Assembly: GCA_963790025.1 (NCBI GenBank)
Contig: CAWBMP010000004.1
Location: 1,216,001-1,280,000, forward strand
Direction of reading: 5' to 3'
Length of the DNA stretch: 64,000 nucleotides
Origin: Nitrospirota bacterium
GTDB taxonomy: Bacteria; Nitrospirota; Thermodesulfovibrionia; Thermodesulfovibrionales; Dissulfurispiraceae
Part shown: positions 58,836 to 64,000 of the stretch, piece by piece
Layout of the letters: every line of letters begins with the position of its first letter
Numbering within the stretch: the first letter of the stretch is position 1
Translations under genes and position numbers: made by a program
The notes under the pieces: generated by a model
Seen by the model: the letters and a program-made list of their open reading frames with translations, nothing else
What the model was told of the DNA's origin: nothing
Database searches by the model: none

Positions 58836-58983
58836 TTTATTTCTCCGGTACCCTTTATTGGCCGGATCATGGAAAGCCTCCGGGATTTGGTATTATATCA
58901 CACATTATTATAAGCAATATAACTTTACGTATGCCTCCAACCTTCAACCTATTAACTTACTGCCCGTGATATAATAAACAATA

Positions 58984-59595
58984 ATGCACATTAAAATTTG
59001 CGGCATAACGAACATTGAAGATGCGCTTGCAGCAGTTGATTATGGCGCTGACGCGTTAGGGTTTGTGTTCTACCCGGCAAGCCCCAGGTATGTTTCTCCT
59101 CAAACCGCGCGGGAGATAACGTCTTTTCTGCCCCCGTTTGTTACTACTATCGGCGTCTTTGTGAATGAGGAGGAGTCTAAAATAAAGGAAATTATGAAAT
59201 ACGCGGGCATAAATGTGCTGCAGCTGCACGGTGATGAGCCCCCTGAAATGTGTTCTATATGGCATAAAGTCATAAGGGCGCTAAGGGTGAAGGACCTTAT
59301 CGATCTGAAACCGCTTGCAGCCTGCAGCGTATCGGCATTCCTCCTGGACGCCTATTCGTCCGGACAGTTTGGCGGAACTGGACAGATATTTAATTGGGAC
59401 ATTGCCGTTGAAGCGAAAAGGTACGGACATATTATTCTTTCCGGGGGACTTAATCCGGATAATATCGAAAAAGCAATCAAGTGGGTAAGACCTTATGCTG
59501 TTGATGTCAGCAGCGGAATAGAAGCCGAGAAAGGCAAGAAGAACTTGAAAAAAATGAAGCTGTTTATCGAGCGGGCCAGGGGTGCTCACTGGTAA
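58984..59595 (+). CDS. trpF: Phosphoribosylanthranilate isomerase
   Basis: [29 protein letters not shown]. Confidence 0.96.
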   Translation: MHIKICGITNIEDALAAVDYGADALGFVFYPASPRYVSPQTAREITSFLPPFVTTIGVFVNEEESKIKEIMKYAGINVLQLHGDEPPEMCSIWHKVIRALRVKDLIDLKPLAACSVSAFLLDAYSSGQFGGTGQIFNWDIAVEAKRYGHIILSGGLNPDNIEKAIKWVRPYAVDVSSGIEAEKGKKNLKKMKLFIERARGAHW

Positions 59596-59611
59596 GCACC
59601 CAAAGACTTGA

Positions 59612-59977
59612 TTACTTCGATGCCACCCGTATAACAGTCTTTACGTTTCCCCTGGGGTTGAAATCGCCGATCACTTCAATTGACCTCGGCTTCAGAAGAC
59701 GTTTCAGGTCAGTGTAAATCTTGTTTGTCACTTCCTCGTGCGATATATGGATGTCCCTGAACGTATTAAAATAAAGCTTCAGTGATTTCAATTCAATGAT
59801 TTTTTTTGCCGGAATATAATTCAGTTTTATCGTTGCAAAATCTGGATACCCTGACCTAGGGCAGAGGCAGGTAAATTCAGGAAACTCAATCGAAATGTCA
59901 TAATCCCGTTCCGGAGACGGATTGTCCCAAACTTGGAGTTGCGTTTCTTTTATGGCCTTTTCACCATAGCGCATCAT
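59612..59977 (-). CDS. queF: NADPH-dependent 7-cyano-7-deazaguanine reductase (type I)
   Basis: [33 protein letters not shown]. Confidence 0.95.
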   Translation of the reverse strand: MMRYGEKAIKETQLQVWDNPSPERDYDISIEFPEFTCLCPRSGYPDFATIKLNYIPAKKIIELKSLKLYFNTFRDIHISHEEVTNKIYTDLKRLLKPRSIEVIGDFNPRGNVKTVIRVASK

Positions 59978-60345
59978 GTAGTCTAACAGGATCCGGCCAG
60001 ATTTTGGCAATATTATTCAGGATTACTGTAGCCGGCAATTTATCCCAGCTTAATGCTTAGTTTCTTCCCAAACACAAGCATAAGTGGTGTTTATATCGGG
60101 AAGAAAGTGGGATATTTTAATCGTATGTCTGAAGTTTCAGCTCTTTCTGGTAATGGAGACTAACACATCGAAGACTTTCTGTAACTGTTTCCCCGGAATA
60201 AAACGCAGCTCGACTGTCGAGTTCACCGGAAGGTCCTGGCTTACAGGTTTTTAATCAAACGAGGTTTCCCTCGGCCCTTTGAATTGAGAATCTGTGAAAT
60301 GTTATGCTGAAAAAGTGCTCGGACAGGTAAATATCATAGGTTTTT

Positions 60346-62835
60346 ATGAGTAAGTTGTCTTCTTTAAGTCTGAAGACTAAAATCACCATGACTGTGCTGC
60401 TGTTGTTTTTGTGCAGCATCTGGCTGCTGACGTTCTTTATTTCAACGCTATTGCAACAGGAAATGACTGCCCAGATAGAAGCACAGCAATTCTCAACAGC
60501 ATCGTATATTGCAGATAGCATCGAGAAACAGGTCAAACTGCGTTTCAGTTTGCTGACTGCTGTTGCATCCTTAATCACCCCGGAACTCATAGCAAACCCT
60601 GTCAAATTAAGAGAGTTTCTTCATGGCAGGACTTCGTTATTGACCGTGTTCCAGCTGGGGCTGACGGTGCTTTCAAAGGAAGGCAAGGTGATTGCAGACT
60701 ACCCCGTGGTACCAGGACGGACAGGCGGATCTTTGTCAGACCGTGAATATTTCAGGGATGTGGTCGCCAGTGGAAAGCCGGCGGTTGGCAAGCCGGCGTT
60801 GGGTCGATTTTCAAGAAAGCCTATTATCGGTTTTGCTGTTCCCGTTCTGGCTCGGTCAGGACAGCTCACGGGCGTACTGGCAGGATATACGCTGTTGTCC
60901 GACCCGACACTTTTGGGGACAATCGAGAGCTCTGCCTATAAGGATTTCCCTGACAGGTTTTTGGTAGGGTCCCGAAAATATCACATGTATATCACTGGAA
61001 GCGATCCAACAAGGATCTTGGAACCAAGACCGGCATACGGCGTTAACCCCTTGTTGGACCGGGTCGAGGCCGGCTTTGAGGGCTCAGGAATAACCGTCAA
61101 TTCAAGGGGAGTTAGAATACTCATATCTGCCAAACATATCCCTACGCCCGGCTGGTTTATTCGAGTCGGGCTGCCGACAGAGATGGCATTTGCACCGATT
61201 AGTTCAATGAAGCAGTGGGCATATTCTATCGCCCTTGGAATGTCACTCATCAGCTCTTTTTTAGTATGGCTCATTATCAAGCAGGCGCTACACCCTCTAT
61301 ACACTGCAAGCAGATTAATTCAGGATATTACTGAGGAACGGTTGCCCTTACAGAATATCCCCGTAACTCGGCATGATGAGATTGGCCAACTGCTTACCAG
61401 TTACAACTTGCACCTTAGTTACCGCAAAAAGGTGGAGGAAGAGATGCGTCTTCATTTTGAGCTAATGAAAAACATGTCGGAAGGCGTTTCCGTTGTTCGT
61501 TTCAGCGATGGCTTGATTGTCTATGCAAATCCGAAGTTTGAAAAAATGTTTGGCTATGAAACAGGCGAAATGATCGGAAAACACGTATCGATAGTCAATG
61601 CACCTACCGACAAGACACCTGATGAGACTGCAAGAGAAATAACAGAAATTATGGAGAGCACCGGCGAATGGCATGGTGAAGTCAATAATATAAAAAAGGA
61701 CGGCACTTTTTTTTGGTGCTATGCAGCTTGTTCCATGTTTGATCATTCCGAATACGGCAGAGTTGTTGTCTCAATGCATACCGATATCACCGAGCGCAAG
61801 AAAGCCCAGGAGAACCTTCATGAACTTGCTCAGCGTCTTCAATTAGCCACCAAATCGGCTAAGCTTGGAGTTTGGGATTGGGACATTACAAAAAATCAGA
61901 TGGTTTGGGATGATCGTATGCTTGAACTCTATGGACACACGCGTGAAACTTTCACAGAGGGAATCCATGCTTGGGAAAGCGGCCTGCATCCCGAAGACCG
62001 CGATAAGACGGTAGAGGAGTATCAGGCCGCCCTGCGAGGCGAAAAAGAATGGGACGCCGAGTTTCGGATATTGAACCCTGATGGGACAGTTAAACACATC
62101 AAGGCTGATGGGTTGGTGATACGGAACTCGGAAGGCGAGACTGTACGCATGCTGGGCATCAATTGTGACATTACTGAACGAAAAAAGGCCGAGGAACAGT
62201 TACGAAATCTTTATCTGAATCTCCAGGCCATGAGAGAGGAAGAACGGGCCAAAATAGCCCGCGAAATACACGATGAACTAGGACAGATTATGACCGCAAT
62301 AAAAATGGATGTGGCGTGGATGAAAAGAACATATTCTGATCACAAAGGGATTTTTGAAAAGACATCAGCATTATTAGGGCTCATCGATGCGACAATAAAA
62401 TCAATCCGGAAGATATGTACGGAACTTAGGCCGGATATATTGGATCATCTGGGGCTTATGGCAGCAATTCAGTGGCAAGCCCAGGAATTCCAAAACAGGA
62501 CAGGAATCCAATGTCAAGTTGACGTACAAGACGGTATAAAGGTGGACAGCGGTCGTTCTACAGCTTTATTCAGGATATTTCAGGAAGCACTTACAAATGT
62601 CCTTCGCCATTCAAATGCTACAAAGGTGATAGCAAGTCTGAAGGACGGAAATGGCAATGTAATACTTGAGGTCAGCGATAACGGAAGAGGAATTACCGAA
62701 GAGGAGATGTTAAAACCTGATCATTTTGGTCTTTTGGGTATTCGTGAACGCGTATATCCGTGGAGAGGAATCGTCAGTATCAGCGGCAGAGCAAATGAAG
62801 GCACTAAAATCGAAGTAATTCTTCCCGTGAAATAA
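60346..62835 (+). CDS. Cache-HAMP-PAS-PAS sensor histidine kinase (HisKA_3)
   Basis: DREYF, HDEIGQL, two PAS/PAC domains (DITERK), IAREIHDELGQ, QEALTN, DNGRG. Confidence 0.93.
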   Translation: MSKLSSLSLKTKITMTVLLLFLCSIWLLTFFISTLLQQEMTAQIEAQQFSTASYIADSIEKQVKLRFSLLTAVASLITPELIANPVKLREFLHGRTSLLTVFQLGLTVLSKEGKVIADYPVVPGRTGGSLSDREYFRDVVASGKPAVGKPALGRFSRKPIIGFAVPVLARSGQLTGVLAGYTLLSDPTLLGTIESSAYKDFPDRFLVGSRKYHMYITGSDPTRILEPRPAYGVNPLLDRVEAGFEGSGITVNSRGVRILISAKHIPTPGWFIRVGLPTEMAFAPISSMKQWAYSIALGMSLISSFLVWLIIKQALHPLYTASRLIQDITEERLPLQNIPVTRHDEIGQLLTSYNLHLSYRKKVEEEMRLHFELMKNMSEGVSVVRFSDGLIVYANPKFEKMFGYETGEMIGKHVSIVNAPTDKTPDETAREITEIMESTGEWHGEVNNIKKDGTFFWCYAACSMFDHSEYGRVVVSMHTDITERKKAQENLHELAQRLQLATKSAKLGVWDWDITKNQMVWDDRMLELYGHTRETFTEGIHAWESGLHPEDRDKTVEEYQAALRGEKEWDAEFRILNPDGTVKHIKADGLVIRNSEGETVRMLGINCDITERKKAEEQLRNLYLNLQAMREEERAKIAREIHDELGQIMTAIKMDVAWMKRTYSDHKGIFEKTSALLGLIDATIKSIRKICTELRPDILDHLGLMAAIQWQAQEFQNRTGIQCQVDVQDGIKVDSGRSTALFRIFQEALTNVLRHSNATKVIASLKDGNGNVILEVSDNGRGITEEEMLKPDHFGLLGIRERVYPWRGIVSISGRANEGTKIEVILPVK

Positions 62836-63009
62836 GGCGAGTATATAACAGTAAAACACCTTTGACCTCAATTCCGATATATATTCCTGAAATGATTGAC
62901 GTCTTCCAGCTAATTTCTTTAAGATCATGCTCCAAGATGGGACTTTGTATTTGTCCGCTGTCCGGAAAAAGATTAATGTGGCAGCATTCTCTCTGAACAT
63001 GAAAACAAA

Positions 63010-63960
63010 TTATTTTTCTAAGGGACACTTTTCCGTTTCAAGCAGGACTCTTCTGTCGAAATCGAGCCGGCTGGTATGGGACAAAAAATTGTCCTTGAAA
63101 AGTTCCTCTATGCATACAGGGTTTTTGCATTGCCTTACAAAGCAGAATATACCGTTCAGCTGCGGGTGCCGCACAGGAAGGACTGTGCTGGACCTGTCTA
63201 AAATGCTTTCAGGAGCAGTAGGGCCAAAAATGCCAATGGCCCTGATTCCAAGAGCATCGGCAAGATGCAGTGGGCCTGCGTCGACACCTATGAACAGGTC
63301 GGAGGCCTCTAGGAGCTTGAGAAACTCCTCTGATTTTTTCAGGCTTTTACCGAAAAAGAACAGGTCTGTTTTCCACCCGAGGTTTCTCGACTCTTCCTTT
63401 TTCAACGCAATTGTTATGTTTGCCTTTGGGAAACGAAGCGTGATTTGGCTGATGAGGGCTTCCACCTCGCCGGCTCCCAGACTTTTAGTAATATCGGTTG
63501 AGAAAGGAGAGATGAGTATAGAACTGATATCCGATAGTTCAGGCACTCTGGCAGTAGTCGCCGGGGTTTCCATTAAAAGATAGTCCCTGATCAACTTATA
63601 GAGATTGTACCCTCTGGAAACATTGGAAAATGTCCCGAACGTTGAAAACTTGGAGGCAAAAGTTATAAAGAATTTTGAATCATCTCCGTGGCTCCAGGGA
63701 TTCAGACCCAAATCGATCTTCCTCCTGCCCAGAGTCCGCATGATCATCAAGAACTTGATAAGGTTCTTTCTCTTGTTCACTGAGTACAGTTCCAGCTTCC
63801 CGTTGATGATTTTTACTGCATATGGGACCATCTGCGGCGAGGTCACCAGAATAAAGTTCTTTCCGGGATAAAGAGACATGAACTCGTCTATGGCCTTAAA
63901 TGCCATAATGCTGTCTCCATAACGGGCGAAAACCGAGAAAAGTATAGTTGATGCATGCAA
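63010..63960 (-). CDS. Glycosyltransferase family 9 (heptosyltransferase-like)
   Basis: RYGD, FIGVDAGPLHLADALG, IFGPT. Confidence 0.88.
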   Translation of the reverse strand: MHASTILFSVFARYGDSIMAFKAIDEFMSLYPGKNFILVTSPQMVPYAVKIINGKLELYSVNKRKNLIKFLMIMRTLGRRKIDLGLNPWSHGDDSKFFITFASKFSTFGTFSNVSRGYNLYKLIRDYLLMETPATTARVPELSDISSILISPFSTDITKSLGAGEVEALISQITLRFPKANITIALKKEESRNLGWKTDLFFFGKSLKKSEEFLKLLEASDLFIGVDAGPLHLADALGIRAIGIFGPTAPESILDRSSTVLPVRHPQLNGIFCFVRQCKNPVCIEELFKDNFLSHTSRLDFDRRVLLETEKCPLEK

Positions 63961-64000
63961 AATGTCTACGTGTGTCAGTTCAGCATTTCGGGTGATATGG

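Noticed and set aside
59978..60260. preQ1 riboswitch upstream of queF; short minus-strand frame QDLPVNSTVELRF...
   Set aside because: No preQ1 stem with an A-rich tail, and the fragment could not be identified.

Overview
Bacterial chromosomal window. Gene content and intergenic repeat style suggest an anaerobic Nitrospirota/Desulfobacterota-like organism (inference). The left part (about 1-36 kb) is an accessory mosaic. It opens with the 3' end of a probable Y1/HUH transposase-like gene ending in a CAAGCCTGACCCC motif. A near-identical inverted copy of that motif at 6710-6737 brackets a 6.6 kb patchwork of small genes, gene fragments and a 209-bp direct repeat. The accessory part also holds an mnmE 3' fragment and a tRNA-Pro 3' fragment (both att-like), an OsmC-like gene with an in-frame UGA at the catalytic Cys position followed by a SECIS-like hairpin (candidate selenoprotein), beta-propeller and DUF305 genes, a kinase-regulator-diguanylate cyclase operon and three Hsp20 genes. 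It further contains an aconitase/citrate synthase/SSADH/ThDP-decarboxylase operon resembling the cyanobacterial 2-oxoglutarate decarboxylase TCA bypass, a SulP transporter, a two-component cluster and a RelA/SpoT-fold (TIGR04552-like) protein. The right part (about 36.7-64 kb) is mostly housekeeping: argF, argD, serA, purA, comF, cysM-like, Smr, a sigma70 paralogue, purB, truB, lptD, folC, accD, trpA, trpB, trpF and queF. It is interspersed with MITE-like and heptamer-palindrome elements, two of which sit in frame inside folC and the Smr gene. The trpB frame lacks a canonical start codon. No rRNA, intact tRNA or CRISPR array was seen. All assignments are by eye from motifs; no database searches were run.
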